A stretch of DNA of 64,000 bases, taken from Candidatus Saccharimonadia bacterium. Lineage in GTDB: Bacteria; Patescibacteriota; Saccharimonadia; UBA4664; JBBRNT01. The stretch is taken from the NCBI GenBank assembly GCA_038230095.1, contig JBBRNT010000002.1, forward strand, positions 101,341 through 165,340, in the 5' to 3' direction. Below are positions 1 through 9,563 of the stretch, in pieces. Position numbers and translations under genes: made by a program. Each line of letters starts with the position of its first letter. Positions within the stretch are counted from its first letter, which is position 1. The notes beneath the pieces were generated by a model. It saw nothing but the letters and a program-made list of their open reading frames with translations, searched no databases and was not told the origin of the DNA.

Positions 1-507
1 CGGACCGACTACGATCTGCAGGCCCATATGAAGGGCAGTGGCAAGGATCTAAGCTACTTCGATGAGGCTACCAAGACGCGCTACGTGCCGTTTGTGATTG
101 AGCCCTCCGTGGGCGTCGGGCGGCTTATGTTGGCACTTATGCACAATGCCTACACCGAGGAGCAGGTGAATGACGAGACGCGGGTGGTGTTGAAGTTCCA
201 TCCCGACATTGCCCCCGTGAAGGTGGCGGTGCTACCACTGTCCAAGAACGAGACGCTAACGCCGCTAGCCCGCCAGGTCTGGGAGCAGCTGACAGGGGAG
301 TACCGCACCGAGTACGACGAGACGCAGTCTATTGGCCGGCGCTACCGTCGACAGGATGAGATTGGTACGCCGTTGTGCGTGACCGTCGACTTTGACTCAC
401 TGGAAGATACGTCAGTCACTATCCGTCACCGCGACACCATGAAGCAAGAGCGGGTGAAGATAAAAGACCTGAACAAGGCTATTGCTAAGCAGCTGGCAAG
501 CTTCTAG
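1..507 (+). CDS. glyQS: Glycine--tRNA ligase, C-terminal fragment (single-chain class II GlyRS anticodon-binding domain); 5' end lies outside the window
   Basis: The reading frame is open from nt 1. The C-terminal sequence YVPFVIEPSVGVGRLMLAL...SIGRRYRRQDEIGTPLCVTVDF...VTIRHRDT is typical of the Thermus-type GlyRS C-terminus. Confidence 0.8.
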   Translation, partial: RTDYDLQAHMKGSGKDLSYFDEATKTRYVPFVIEPSVGVGRLMLALMHNAYTEEQVNDETRVVLKFHPDIAPVKVAVLPLSKNETLTPLARQVWEQLTGEYRTEYDETQSIGRRYRRQDEIGTPLCVTVDFDSLEDTSVTIRHRDTMKQERVKIKDLNKAIAKQLASF

Positions 508-614
508 CCAGAAGCGGATCGTGCTGTCGGCGCCATGGTGATACCCGTAGAGGCCAGGCGCGCCCACGAGGGTGTCCGGAAGCTACATGCGCAGATTCAG
601 GGCATTAGACAGAC

Positions 615-1052
615 CTAGAGCGGGCACATAATATAGTCGATCGAGGAATTGGGCTGATTGTACCTAATAGGGCCCGGATTGCAGACGGGTGGCCTAACTG
701 GGTGTGGTAAAGGATCTGGAGCGGGGCTTGGGTCTGGGGCTGGTGCCGGACTGGGGTCTGGTGCCGGCTGTGGAACCGGGGCGGGGCTCGGTGTCGGGGC
801 TGCTACCGGTGCAGGCGCCTGCAGCGGACTAGCCACAGGGGTGGTAGGCTCTAGGGCGGCGGGTGATGGGTGCTCCAGAGTGGCTGAGGTATTGGTGAGG
901 GCCGGCTGGGCCGAGGCTGCTTGCGGCTGGCTAAGCGGTGCGGGTGGGGTAGTGGGGGCGGCCGGTAGCTTGGCGTACTCCCCGCGTACGGCAAAGGCCG
1001 CTCCGGTAATAAGCAACAGGCTCGCAACTACTTTGACAGGCATCCACTTCAT
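615..1052 (-). CDS. Small secreted Pro/Ala/Thr-rich low-complexity protein (signal peptide plus PAPDPSPAP-type repeats)
   Basis: The N-terminus MKWMPVKVVASLLLITGAAFAVRGEY looks like a signal peptide. Tandem DNA repeats at about 700-800 encode (S/D)PAP repeats. A Gly-rich ORF overlaps it on the opposite strand (658..1176). Confidence 0.45.
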   Translation of the reverse strand: MKWMPVKVVASLLLITGAAFAVRGEYAKLPAAPTTPPAPLSQPQAASAQPALTNTSATLEHPSPAALEPTTPVASPLQAPAPVAAPTPSPAPVPQPAPDPSPAPAPDPSPAPDPLPHPVRPPVCNPGPIRYNQPNSSIDYIMCPL

Positions 1053-1343
1053 GCCGCCAGATTACGCCCAGATGGTCGCTGGGTCAAGCATAAGTCCTTC
1101 GGTAGTCTTCGCATGGCGGGATTTAAAAAAGCTCTTGTGTATTCGGTTTTCGTTCGGTATGATCGAATTGTGGTAAGGCAATGAGCGGCGGAGTTATGTG
1201 GATAAGTCACTGACGGCCACCTTGCCAATCCAAAACTTCTATTTGCGGGCTGCAAATAGTACCAGAATAACGGCTTGATAGAGCCGTTATTTTTGTTCAG
1301 CATAAGAACTATGAAGAAGTGGGTGAAAAGTACAATAAAACAC

Positions 1344-1373
1344 TTGCGTGTGGGTAGAAGTGGGTAGTATAGT
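1344..1373 (+). promoter_or_regulatory. Putative sigma70-type promoter of the dcw operon (TTGCGT, 18-nt spacer, TATAGT)
   Basis: The hexamers were read directly from the sequence and lie about 40 nt upstream of the mraZ start. Confidence 0.3.
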
Positions 1374-1412
1374 AGCTGCAGTGAGAGGGTTAAAACAAAA
1401 AAACAACCTAAG

Positions 1413-1775
1413 GTGACAATGAAAACGGACTACTTCGAACGCAAACTAGATGACAAAAACCGGCTGACAATACCAGCTGAACTTCGTCTCGAGTTCGAGA
1501 GTGGCATCATCATCACCCGCGGTTTTAAAAACTATCTCCACTGTTACACCGAGGCCGTCTGGCAGGACAAAATGGAACCTGCATTATCTGGCGACATTCT
1601 CGATGAACGCACCGCAGACCTCAATGTTCAGTTCCGCACCGGCAAAGTAGCGACGCAAATGGACCAGAAGCAAGGACGCATCACCCTTGAGCAACACTTG
1701 CTTGACTACGCCGGTATAGACAAAGACATTGTGGCCGTCCGAGCCGGCGACTACTGGCGCATTAGCGCAAAGTAG
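1413..1775 (+). CDS. mraZ: Transcriptional regulator MraZ (start is GTG at 1413; alternative ATG at 1419)
   Basis: It has two DxxxR-type MraZ repeats (DDKNRLTIP and DQKQGRITL) and is the first gene of the dcw cluster. Confidence 0.75.
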   Translation: MTMKTDYFERKLDDKNRLTIPAELRLEFESGIIITRGFKNYLHCYTEAVWQDKMEPALSGDILDERTADLNVQFRTGKVATQMDQKQGRITLEQHLLDYAGIDKDIVAVRAGDYWRISAK

Positions 1776-2074
1776 CGCTACCAGCACATTTACAATTAGG
1801 CCGATTACTTTCAAACAAGCATTTCGATTTCAGCTATTTGGCAGTCAGCAACGCGGTTTTAGAAGTCCGCGCAACAAAGCTTTAGTACCTTTGTCACAAA
1901 ACTCCACCTCACAAAACGTTTCCTGGCCTTCCCAGACTAGGAACAACTCAAGGAATTATCATCGATAATTCCTTACCACAACACTCTTGCCCCTGAATCT
2001 GTACGAAACAGAGGCAAAAACAACAAAACAAAAATACCCAAACAAAAGCTGGCTGCTAAATAGGTGACCTTGAA

Positions 2075-3019
2075 ATGCAAAACAAAAACCAAAACAAACA
2101 TACACCCGTCCTGCTCGAACAAGTGATTACCATGTTGCACCCTCACCATGGAGATAGCTATTTCGACGGTACGGCTGGATACGGCGGCCATGCACGACAG
2201 ATTGTGGAATATGTCGGGCCTAGCAGTCACGTGGTTTTCGTCGACCAAGACACCGAGGCTATTGCCGCACTTGCGGCTGAGTTTAGCGAGCGAGCAGAGA
2301 TTGTTCACTCCGACTTTACGTCAGCTGCGCGGACCCGGGTGGAAGCGGGTGAGTACTTTCGCCTCGCGTTGCTTGATCTAGGCGTTTCGTCACCACAATT
2401 TGACAATTATGATAGGGGATTTTCGTTCCGGGGTACGGCCCGCTTGGACATGCGTATGGATACTACACAGGATCTAGATGCCTACCAGGTGGTCAATACT
2501 TATAGAGAAGCTGAACTTGCGCGCATTATAGCGGAGTTCGGCGAGGAGCGGCGCGCCAAGGCAATTGCCCGGGCCGTCGTGGCCGCTCGCCCGGTCGAAA
2601 CTACCAAGCAGCTGGCCGATATTGTCCGGAGCGTTGTCCGCTACTCGGGCGACATAGACCCAGCCACGCGGACGTTTCAAGCACTCCGGATCGAGGTCAA
2701 CCATGAGCTCGAGCGGTTGGCAGAGGCGCTACCCCTATTCCTAGACTTGCTAGAACCCGGCGGTCGACTGGCTATAATAAGCTTCCATTCATTGGAAGAT
2801 AGGCTAGTGAAGACCTACTTTGAGCAAGAATCCCGCGACTGTATTTGTCCGCCCAAACAACCGGTTTGTACCTGTACTCACCAGGCCCAAGTGGCCAAAA
2901 TTACCAAAAAACCGATTCTGGGCAAAGACTTTGATGCATCTAACCCGCGTGCTCGTAGCGCTGTGCTACGGGGCGTCGTAAAACTAACACCAAAACAAAA
3001 AGAAGGAGCTGAACTATGA
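2075..3019 (+). CDS. rsmH: 16S rRNA (cytosine1402-N4)-methyltransferase RsmH/MraW
   Basis: It carries HTPVLLEQV...YFDGTAGYGGHA SAM-methyltransferase motifs and lies immediately after mraZ. Confidence 0.9.
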   Translation: MQNKNQNKHTPVLLEQVITMLHPHHGDSYFDGTAGYGGHARQIVEYVGPSSHVVFVDQDTEAIAALAAEFSERAEIVHSDFTSAARTRVEAGEYFRLALLDLGVSSPQFDNYDRGFSFRGTARLDMRMDTTQDLDAYQVVNTYREAELARIIAEFGEERRAKAIARAVVAARPVETTKQLADIVRSVVRYSGDIDPATRTFQALRIEVNHELERLAEALPLFLDLLEPGGRLAIISFHSLEDRLVKTYFEQESRDCICPPKQPVCTCTHQAQVAKITKKPILGKDFDASNPRARSAVLRGVVKLTPKQKEGAEL

Positions 3020-3297
3020 CTGTAGCAGTCAAGAACCTCTCAAGACGCGCCGTCACGGTTAAAGTCCGTGTCGTCCGCTAGGACCTGACCCCGCCAGGTG
3101 CGACATGCGGCCCGTAAGGGTCCGAGATGAGCGTGCCGCACCTGGCACCCTATGAATTCGTATCGAGTATTCAAGTTACAAGTTATGCTGTGGCTATCCT
3201 AGCCACGGCCATTACTTGCTGACCTGACGACTGGACACCAGCCACGCTTCCGCAAAACAAAAACAAAAGTACCCAAAAAACAAACAAGGAACGCCAC

Positions 3298-3618
3298 ATG
3301 TCTACCGCCACAATCGCCATACGGCGCAATCAGCAGCTCATACGCCCGCAAGCAAAACTAAAACTAGGACCCGTCTCAAGCGGCATTATGGTAACGGCTG
3401 TTATCGCCGTACTGGCATTGCTATACTTGAACCAGATAACCAAAACCAGTGTGTTTGGCTATCAGCTGACCGAGCTGCAGACTATGCAGGGCAAGATCTC
3501 TGGCCAACGCCAGGAGCTGGCTGTGGAAGCTGCACGATTGCAGTCTATCCAGCAGGTACAGAGCTCAAACGTAGTGAAAACTATGGTTCCGGAAGGCCCT
3601 GTGTCCTACGCTAAATAA
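3298..3618 (+). CDS. ftsL: FtsL-like cell division protein (single transmembrane helix plus coiled coil)
   Basis: It is a small bitopic protein with a transmembrane segment (IMVTAVIAVLALLYL) followed by a Q-rich coiled coil. It sits between rsmH and ftsI. Confidence 0.45.
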   Translation: MSTATIAIRRNQQLIRPQAKLKLGPVSSGIMVTAVIAVLALLYLNQITKTSVFGYQLTELQTMQGKISGQRQELAVEAARLQSIQQVQSSNVVKTMVPEGPVSYAK

Positions 3619-3629
3619 ACGGATACTAT

Positions 3630-5372
3630 GTGACCACTTATAGTGAGCAATTATACCAACGGCGGAGGCTGGGGTGGCTGATAGGCGCCCTGGTTCTATT
3701 TGGGTTTATCATTGCCGTCCGCCTTGTGCAGATACAGCTTCTGCAGCACAACTACTATCTGATAAAAGCCGCTAGCATCCACCAACGTAAGTATGAGATA
3801 CCAGCCAAGCGTGGTGAGCTATTCATCCACGACGGCGAGAATACCGCCCCACTTGTGCTAAATGAGACTCTGAAGCTGCTGTACGCCGATCCGACATTTA
3901 TTACCGACAAAGTGAAGACTGCCAGGGCGATTGCCGAAGTATTGGGCGAGTCACCGGAGCGCATCTACGGTCTACTAGGCAAGGGCGGCGAGTATGAGGT
4001 ACTGGCGCGGAGGCTGACTTCAGTCATTTCGGACAAGATTACAGCCTTAAAACTGGCAGGTATAGGCCTGACTGACCAGACCTACCGGGTATACCCCGAA
4101 GGGACGCTGGCGGGGCAGGTGGCTGGGTTTGTGAACGCTGATGGACTTGGGCAGTATGGCATTGAAGAGTTTCTGAACCCGGATCTGGGAGGTACGCCTG
4201 GGCTACTGAAGGCGAAGACTGATACGCGGGGGATCCCAATTGCCACATCCGACAATGTAATTCGCCAGCCCAAGGATGGTAATAGCTACGTACTGACGAT
4301 AGACCGCAATATGCAGGCTCAGGCAGAAAAGTACCTGGCGGCCGGTGTACAGGCGGTGGGAGCACCCTCAGGGAGCGTTATTATTGTGGACCCCTTTACG
4401 GGGGCAGTGAAGGCCATGGCCAACTATCCTAGCTTTGACCCGAATAACTACGGTGCTACGACCGACTACCGGGACTTTGCCAATGCAGTGGTGAGCGACC
4501 AGTTTGAGCCTGGGTCTGGGTTCAAAGTCTTTACCATGTCGACTGGTCTTGACACGGGGAAAGTTAAACCGGATACGGTCTACAACGACACTGGGCTGGA
4601 GCAGATTGGTGGACGGGATATTCGCAATGCCGAAAACCACCAGTTTGGCATACAGACTATGACGGACGTCATCCAGAAATCGCTGAATACTGGTGTCATC
4701 TTCGTCCTGAAGACGCTGGGAGGCGACCCAACCAAGATTACGGCTGCGGGTAAGAAGATATTCTATGACTACATTACCAAGCACTTCGGCTTCGGCCTGC
4801 GGACGGGCATAGAGCAGGCAGGAGAGGCGGCTGGCCAGGTGAACCCGCCATCTACCAATGATGCTACCTATGCCAATATGACGTTCGGCCAGGGTATATC
4901 TGTGACTATGGTCCAGATGGTGGCGGCGGTATCGGCGATTGCCAATGGTGGTAAACTGTACGAGCCATACCTGGTGGACCAGATAATAGGCTCGAATGGT
5001 GCCAAGACCACGGAGAAGCCCAAGCTCATAAATGCTAATGTCATGAGTGCGCAGGCGGCAAACGACATGAGTAAGATGATGATCCAGGTGGTGGAGCATG
5101 GCTCAGGCTACCTGGCCAAGCAGAAAGGCTATCAGATTGCAGGTAAGACTGGGACAGCCCAGATCCCCAAGCCGGATGGCAGCGGCTATATTGACGGAGT
5201 CAACATAGGCTCGTTTGTGGGATTTGCGCCGGTGGACCACCCGCGGTTTGTCATGATGGTTCGGGTGAACCAGCCGAAGGTCTCAGGCTTTGCGGAGTCT
5301 ACGACTGTCCCCATATTTGCAAATATTTCGCAGTGGCTCCTGCGGTACTACGCAGTGCCTCCGAGCAGCTAA
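3630..5372 (+). CDS. ftsI: Penicillin-binding protein FtsI (class B transpeptidase)
   Basis: It has an N-terminal transmembrane segment, an SxxK active site (SGFKVFT) and KTGTA, and occupies the dcw position after ftsL. Confidence 0.85.
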   Translation: MTTYSEQLYQRRRLGWLIGALVLFGFIIAVRLVQIQLLQHNYYLIKAASIHQRKYEIPAKRGELFIHDGENTAPLVLNETLKLLYADPTFITDKVKTARAIAEVLGESPERIYGLLGKGGEYEVLARRLTSVISDKITALKLAGIGLTDQTYRVYPEGTLAGQVAGFVNADGLGQYGIEEFLNPDLGGTPGLLKAKTDTRGIPIATSDNVIRQPKDGNSYVLTIDRNMQAQAEKYLAAGVQAVGAPSGSVIIVDPFTGAVKAMANYPSFDPNNYGATTDYRDFANAVVSDQFEPGSGFKVFTMSTGLDTGKVKPDTVYNDTGLEQIGGRDIRNAENHQFGIQTMTDVIQKSLNTGVIFVLKTLGGDPTKITAAGKKIFYDYITKHFGFGLRTGIEQAGEAAGQVNPPSTNDATYANMTFGQGISVTMVQMVAAVSAIANGGKLYEPYLVDQIIGSNGAKTTEKPKLINANVMSAQAANDMSKMMIQVVEHGSGYLAKQKGYQIAGKTGTAQIPKPDGSGYIDGVNIGSFVGFAPVDHPRFVMMVRVNQPKVSGFAESTTVPIFANISQWLLRYYAVPPSS

Positions 5373-5415
5373 TTCCCCTCAGCTGATACCAGCTATGCTA
5401 CAATAAAGGAAGATT

Positions 5416-6450
5416 ATGATCCTATTACATCAACAAGAAATCCTGCCGCTGTCGCGCATTTTGGTGCAAGCCGTAATGGCATTTGTCCTAGCTATGCTGG
5501 TGACGCCCATCTATACTCATTTCGCTTTCAAATACAAATGGTGGAAGCAGATGCGCACCGACTCCATAACTGGCGAGAAGGCCCCTATCTACGCTAAACT
5601 ACACGCGGCGAAGCACAAGCGAAACGTGCCGACGATGGGTGGTCTAATGATGATTATCCCGGTGGCGGTTGTAACTATTGCCAGCAACCTAAGCCGTTCG
5701 CAGACACTACTACCTGTGTTCGTACTCATTACGGCCGGTATCGTGGGGCTGTTTGACGACTATCTGAACATTCGTAGTGGCGGCTTGGGTATAGCTGGCA
5801 TGCGCGGCAAGATAAAGTTTAGCCTAATTTTGGGCATCGCCGTCCTGGGCGGACTATACTTCTTCTACAAGCTTGGCTATAGCTCTATCCATATTCCGGC
5901 AGTGGGTAACTTCGAGATTGGCTGGCTGTATATACCGTTGTTTATTGCCGTTGTCGTGTCTACCGCCAATGCAGTGAATATTACCGACGGCCTAGACGGC
6001 CTGTCCGGTGGATTGTCGGTCATGGCCTTCTCGGCTTACGCAATTATTGCCTACTTCCAGGGTAATTACGGTATCGCCGGTTTCTGCATGGCGATCGTGG
6101 GTGCTGCTCTGACCTATGTCTGGTTTAATATATACCCAGCCCGGTTCTTCATGGGAGACAGTGGCTCGTTTGCGCTGGGTACCACGCTTGGCGTTATAGC
6201 CATGCTGACAAATGCTGTGTTTGTGCTGCCAATCATTGGTGCGGTGTTTGTGGCTGAGGCAGCGTCGAGCGCGCTGCAGATATTCTCGAAGCGGGTGTTT
6301 AAACGCAAGATATTCTTGTCGGCGCCGCTGCACCACCATCTGGAGGCAATCGGCTGGCCAGAGACTAAGGTGACTATGCGGTTGTGGGTGGTCGGTGGCG
6401 TCGTAGGCGTGGCGGGGCTGGTACTGGGACTACTTGGGAACCACCGGTAG
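5416..6450 (+). CDS. mraY: Phospho-N-acetylmuramoyl-pentapeptide transferase MraY
   Basis: It is a polytopic membrane protein with the NITDGLDGL motif. Confidence 0.9.
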   Translation: MILLHQQEILPLSRILVQAVMAFVLAMLVTPIYTHFAFKYKWWKQMRTDSITGEKAPIYAKLHAAKHKRNVPTMGGLMMIIPVAVVTIASNLSRSQTLLPVFVLITAGIVGLFDDYLNIRSGGLGIAGMRGKIKFSLILGIAVLGGLYFFYKLGYSSIHIPAVGNFEIGWLYIPLFIAVVVSTANAVNITDGLDGLSGGLSVMAFSAYAIIAYFQGNYGIAGFCMAIVGAALTYVWFNIYPARFFMGDSGSFALGTTLGVIAMLTNAVFVLPIIGAVFVAEAASSALQIFSKRVFKRKIFLSAPLHHHLEAIGWPETKVTMRLWVVGGVVGVAGLVLGLLGNHR

Positions 6451-7667
6451 TGGCTGGCGGAGGGCAAACGCAGGCCCGGGCGCACCGGGCCGACTATAGC
6501 TTGGTGCTTATTACCTTTGCCTTGCTGACCTTTGGTCTGGTTGTCATGTACTCGATTAGCCCTATCCAGAGCCAGAAACTGCTTGGAAGTACGGTGAGCA
6601 ATTTCTACTTCTTCCGTCATCTAGAGTACGCTCTGGTGGGCCTGGTGGGTTGGTTTGTGGCAAGCCGTATCCACTACACCAGGTGGCGCAGCTGGGCCTC
6701 TGGGCTGATGGTGATTGCTGTGGTAGCACTCCTCGTACTGCTTATACCTGGGCTTAGCCTCTCACAATTGGGTGCAACGCGCTGGCTCAAGCTGGGGCCG
6801 CTATCGTTCCAGCCGGCCGAGCTGATGAAGCTAGCACTTATTATTTACTTGGGTCGGTGGCTTACCGATGAGCGACGCAGCATTACCTCGGTGACCGAGA
6901 CTATTGTGCCGTTTGCGCTTATTCTGGGCTTTGTCACAGTAGTGGTGGTGGTTCTGCAACGCGACATGGGCACCATGTCCGTACTGGCTGGATCTGCTAT
7001 CGGCATGCTCTATGTGGCAGGAGTGCGTCCGGTCCATCTAGCTGGGCTCATTGCAGGCTTTGGCCTGGCTGCCTGGGGCTTTATTGCCGCTTTTCCGCAC
7101 CGGGTAGAGCGCATCTTGGCCTATCTGAACCCGAATAGTGATACTAGTAGTGTCAGCTACCACATTTCCCAAGCCCTGATTGCCGTGGGCTCAGGCGGCC
7201 TGTTTGGCGTAGGACTGGGTAAGAGCATCCAGGTGTATGGCTACTTGCCAGAAGCCCCCAACGACTCTATTTTTGCAATTATTGGTGAGGAGTTTGGACT
7301 GATCGGAGCGTTGATCCTGATTGGGCTTATGGGCTACCTCATATACCGTGCGCTGATGGTGGCCAAAAACGCACCCGATAACTTTGGCCGTCTGGTAGCC
7401 ACCGGGATTGCGCTCTGGCTTATGTTCCAAACAGTGGTAAACGTTGGGGCCATGGTGGCGCTCATACCGTTGACGGGCATCCCATTACCGTTTATTAGCT
7501 TTGGTGGTTCTAGCTTGATCATGACGCTATTTGCCATGGGCATACTGGTTAATATATCTAAGTACACCGTAGGAGAGGAATCGCATGCGAGTCGTCGTGA
7601 GCGGCGGGGGGACGGGCGGTCATATTTCGCCCATTCTGGCCGTCGTCAGCCAGCTGAAAACGCTTGA
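6450..7667 (+). CDS. ftsW: SEDS-family peptidoglycan polymerase FtsW (probable GTG start overlapping the mraY stop; the 3' end overlaps murG by 83 nt)
   Basis: It is polytopic with the FtsW/RodA motif GEEFGLIGALILIGLM. The ORF track extends it upstream into mraY, so I placed the start at the GTG at 6450. Confidence 0.75.
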   Translation: MAGGGQTQARAHRADYSLVLITFALLTFGLVVMYSISPIQSQKLLGSTVSNFYFFRHLEYALVGLVGWFVASRIHYTRWRSWASGLMVIAVVALLVLLIPGLSLSQLGATRWLKLGPLSFQPAELMKLALIIYLGRWLTDERRSITSVTETIVPFALILGFVTVVVVVLQRDMGTMSVLAGSAIGMLYVAGVRPVHLAGLIAGFGLAAWGFIAAFPHRVERILAYLNPNSDTSSVSYHISQALIAVGSGGLFGVGLGKSIQVYGYLPEAPNDSIFAIIGEEFGLIGALILIGLMGYLIYRALMVAKNAPDNFGRLVATGIALWLMFQTVVNVGAMVALIPLTGIPLPFISFGGSSLIMTLFAMGILVNISKYTVGEESHASRRERRGDGRSYFAHSGRRQPAENA

Positions 7668-8772
7668 TCCTAGCGTAGAGGTTCTCTACATTGGGACCAA
7701 TGCGGGTATGGAAGCCAAGATCGTGCAGTCTATCGGGCTGGATTTTGCAGGCATTAAGGCTGGCAAGTTCCGGCGTTATCATGGTGCTAAGCTACGACAC
7801 ATTATTACAGACTTGTCAACATTTGCTTTGAATATTCGGGATATGGGTAGGGTAGTTGCAGGGTTTGGTGATGCGCTAAAGGTACTCCGAAGATTCAGAC
7901 CCGATGTGGTGTTTATCCGTGGGGGATACGTGAGCGTACCGGTGGGGCTAGCGGCCCGGTTACTGCGCATACCGTATGTCATCCACGAGTCCGACACCGT
8001 CACCAGCCTGACAAGCAAGATCCTCGCCAGTGGGGCCCGGAAGATAGCCGTGAGCTGGCCAGTGAGCCGCTTTCCCCAGTGGCCGGCCGACAAGCTGGTA
8101 TATACTGGTATTCCAATACGTACGGACGTACTTACCGCGCACCGACTGGCTGGCCTTGCCGAGTTTAAGCTAGCAGACAACCTCCCCGTACTGCTGGTTA
8201 CCGGGGGCAGCTCCGGGGCACGGGCTATCAATGACGCTACCCAGGCGGCGCTACCGACCCTTCTGGAGTTCTGCCAAGTCCTGCACGTCGCTGGGGAGCG
8301 TGATATTGCCGATATGCGGGCGGCCTGCACGACCATGGAGCTCGTGTACCCAGAGCGCTATAGCCTACATGGACACCTGTCTGACAAGTGGGGCTTGGCG
8401 CTGGCCGCGAGCGATGTAGTGGTGAGCCGGGCAGGAGCCAATGCTATGGCCGAGCTCGCTATCCTAGGCAAGCCGGCCATTCTCATTCCCGGCGCCCAAC
8501 TTACTGGTGGCCAACAGATTAGCAACGCCCAGGTCTTTAGCCGCGCCGAGGCCGTCCGAGTGCTACCTCAAGACAAGCTGACCGGTAAGGTGCTGGCGGC
8601 AGAGGTAAAGCGGCTCCTTGACAGCCCTGTGGATATGCAGCGGATGGGCGTGGCTATAGGCCAGTTTGCCAAGCCGAATGCGGCCCATGAGCTAGCGGTA
8701 CTGGTGCTAGCCAGTGGCCAGGCCCAAAATGGGGACCAGGCTGCATCTGATGGACAGGACGGGAGTCGGTGA
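7585..8772 (+). CDS. murG: Undecaprenyldiphospho-muramoylpentapeptide beta-N-acetylglucosaminyltransferase MurG
   Basis: It starts with MRVVVSGGGTGGHISPILAV and has a strong AGGAGAGGAA Shine-Dalgarno sequence before the ATG. Confidence 0.9.
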   Translation: MRVVVSGGGTGGHISPILAVVSQLKTLDPSVEVLYIGTNAGMEAKIVQSIGLDFAGIKAGKFRRYHGAKLRHIITDLSTFALNIRDMGRVVAGFGDALKVLRRFRPDVVFIRGGYVSVPVGLAARLLRIPYVIHESDTVTSLTSKILASGARKIAVSWPVSRFPQWPADKLVYTGIPIRTDVLTAHRLAGLAEFKLADNLPVLLVTGGSSGARAINDATQAALPTLLEFCQVLHVAGERDIADMRAACTTMELVYPERYSLHGHLSDKWGLALAASDVVVSRAGANAMAELAILGKPAILIPGAQLTGGQQISNAQVFSRAEAVRVLPQDKLTGKVLAAEVKRLLDSPVDMQRMGVAIGQFAKPNAAHELAVLVLASGQAQNGDQAASDGQDGSR

Positions 8773-9563
8773 ACCCCAGGCGAGTTGTGCGTTCGGGCCG
8801 GCCGGTCTATAGCCGGGGGAGCGTTAATCTACCCCGCAAGTTCCGATTACCAGCGTGGAACTGGCGACTGGTAGGGCTGGGCGTAGGCGTACTCGTGCTG
8901 ACCATGGGGTGGGCTATGGCATTCTCACTGCAACACACCCAGATAGCCGGCCAGCGGAGCGTACCGCTTGAGCGGCTCCGGACGGAGGTGGCCGAGGAGC
9001 TGGGGCACCACTTGGGCTGGGGGAATCTGACTACTCTTGATACGGAAGCGCTCGGCAGCCGTATAAAACAGCGTGAGCCGCTGCTTAATAAAGTGATAGT
9101 GACCCGTAACTGGCCTCATAGCATAGCAATACGGGTGGAGGAGCGTACACCCGGGCTGATCTGGCAGACGGGGGAGTTACGCTATCTGGTGGATAGTGAG
9201 GGAGTAGTAGTAGGGGAGGCGGATACCTCTCCAACAGATCTGGCGGTAGTCCTAGACCGGACTAATCTACCGGTGAAGGTGGGGGATAGAGTGGTGGCCG
9301 AACGGTTTATTACATTTATTATTGATCTGCGCCGCCTCATGCCGGCCACCAAACTTAGTATCAAGAGCCTGGCTGTACCCGAAACAACCACGGAGGTGTT
9401 TGTTACAACGGACAAATCCTACGTTGTAAAATTTGATACGACCCGGCCCGCAACAGATAGCATTACGGCGCTCAACCGAGTGCTTACCGAACTAGCTCGA
9501 GTCGGCAAAGTGCCGGCCGAGTATATAGACCTTCGAATAGAGAACAGAGCCTACTATAAGTAG
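8769..9563 (+). CDS. ftsQ: Cell division protein FtsQ/DivIB (POTRA domain)
   Basis: It has a GTGA overlap with the murG stop, an N-terminal transmembrane segment and a POTRA-like region (NWPHSIAIRVEERTPGLIWQ). Confidence 0.7.
   Translation: MNPRRVVRSGRPVYSRGSVNLPRKFRLPAWNWRLVGLGVGVLVLTMGWAMAFSLQHTQIAGQRSVPLERLRTEVAEELGHHLGWGNLTTLDTEALGSRIKQREPLLNKVIVTRNWPHSIAIRVEERTPGLIWQTGELRYLVDSEGVVVGEADTSPTDLAVVLDRTNLPVKVGDRVVAERFITFIIDLRRLMPATKLSIKSLAVPETTTEVFVTTDKSYVVKFDTTRPATDSITALNRVLTELARVGKVPAEYIDLRIENRAYYK

Noticed and set aside
658-1176. 172-aa Gly/Ala-rich ORF on the + strand
   Set aside because: It is antisense to the Pro-rich secreted-protein ORF and has pure low-complexity composition, typical of a shadow frame of GC-rich repeats. 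It is not fully excluded (see the finding at 615-1300).
4368-5099. 243-aa minus-strand ORF inside ftsI (and similar internal antisense ORFs at 6114-6620, 7779-8336, 16566-17060, 20155-20664, 34025-34567, 45667-46164, 47843-48442, 61078-61428, 63011-63439)
   Set aside because: Each lies entirely within a well-supported gene on the other strand, has no RBS and has biased composition. These are shadow ORFs of GC-rich coding sequence.
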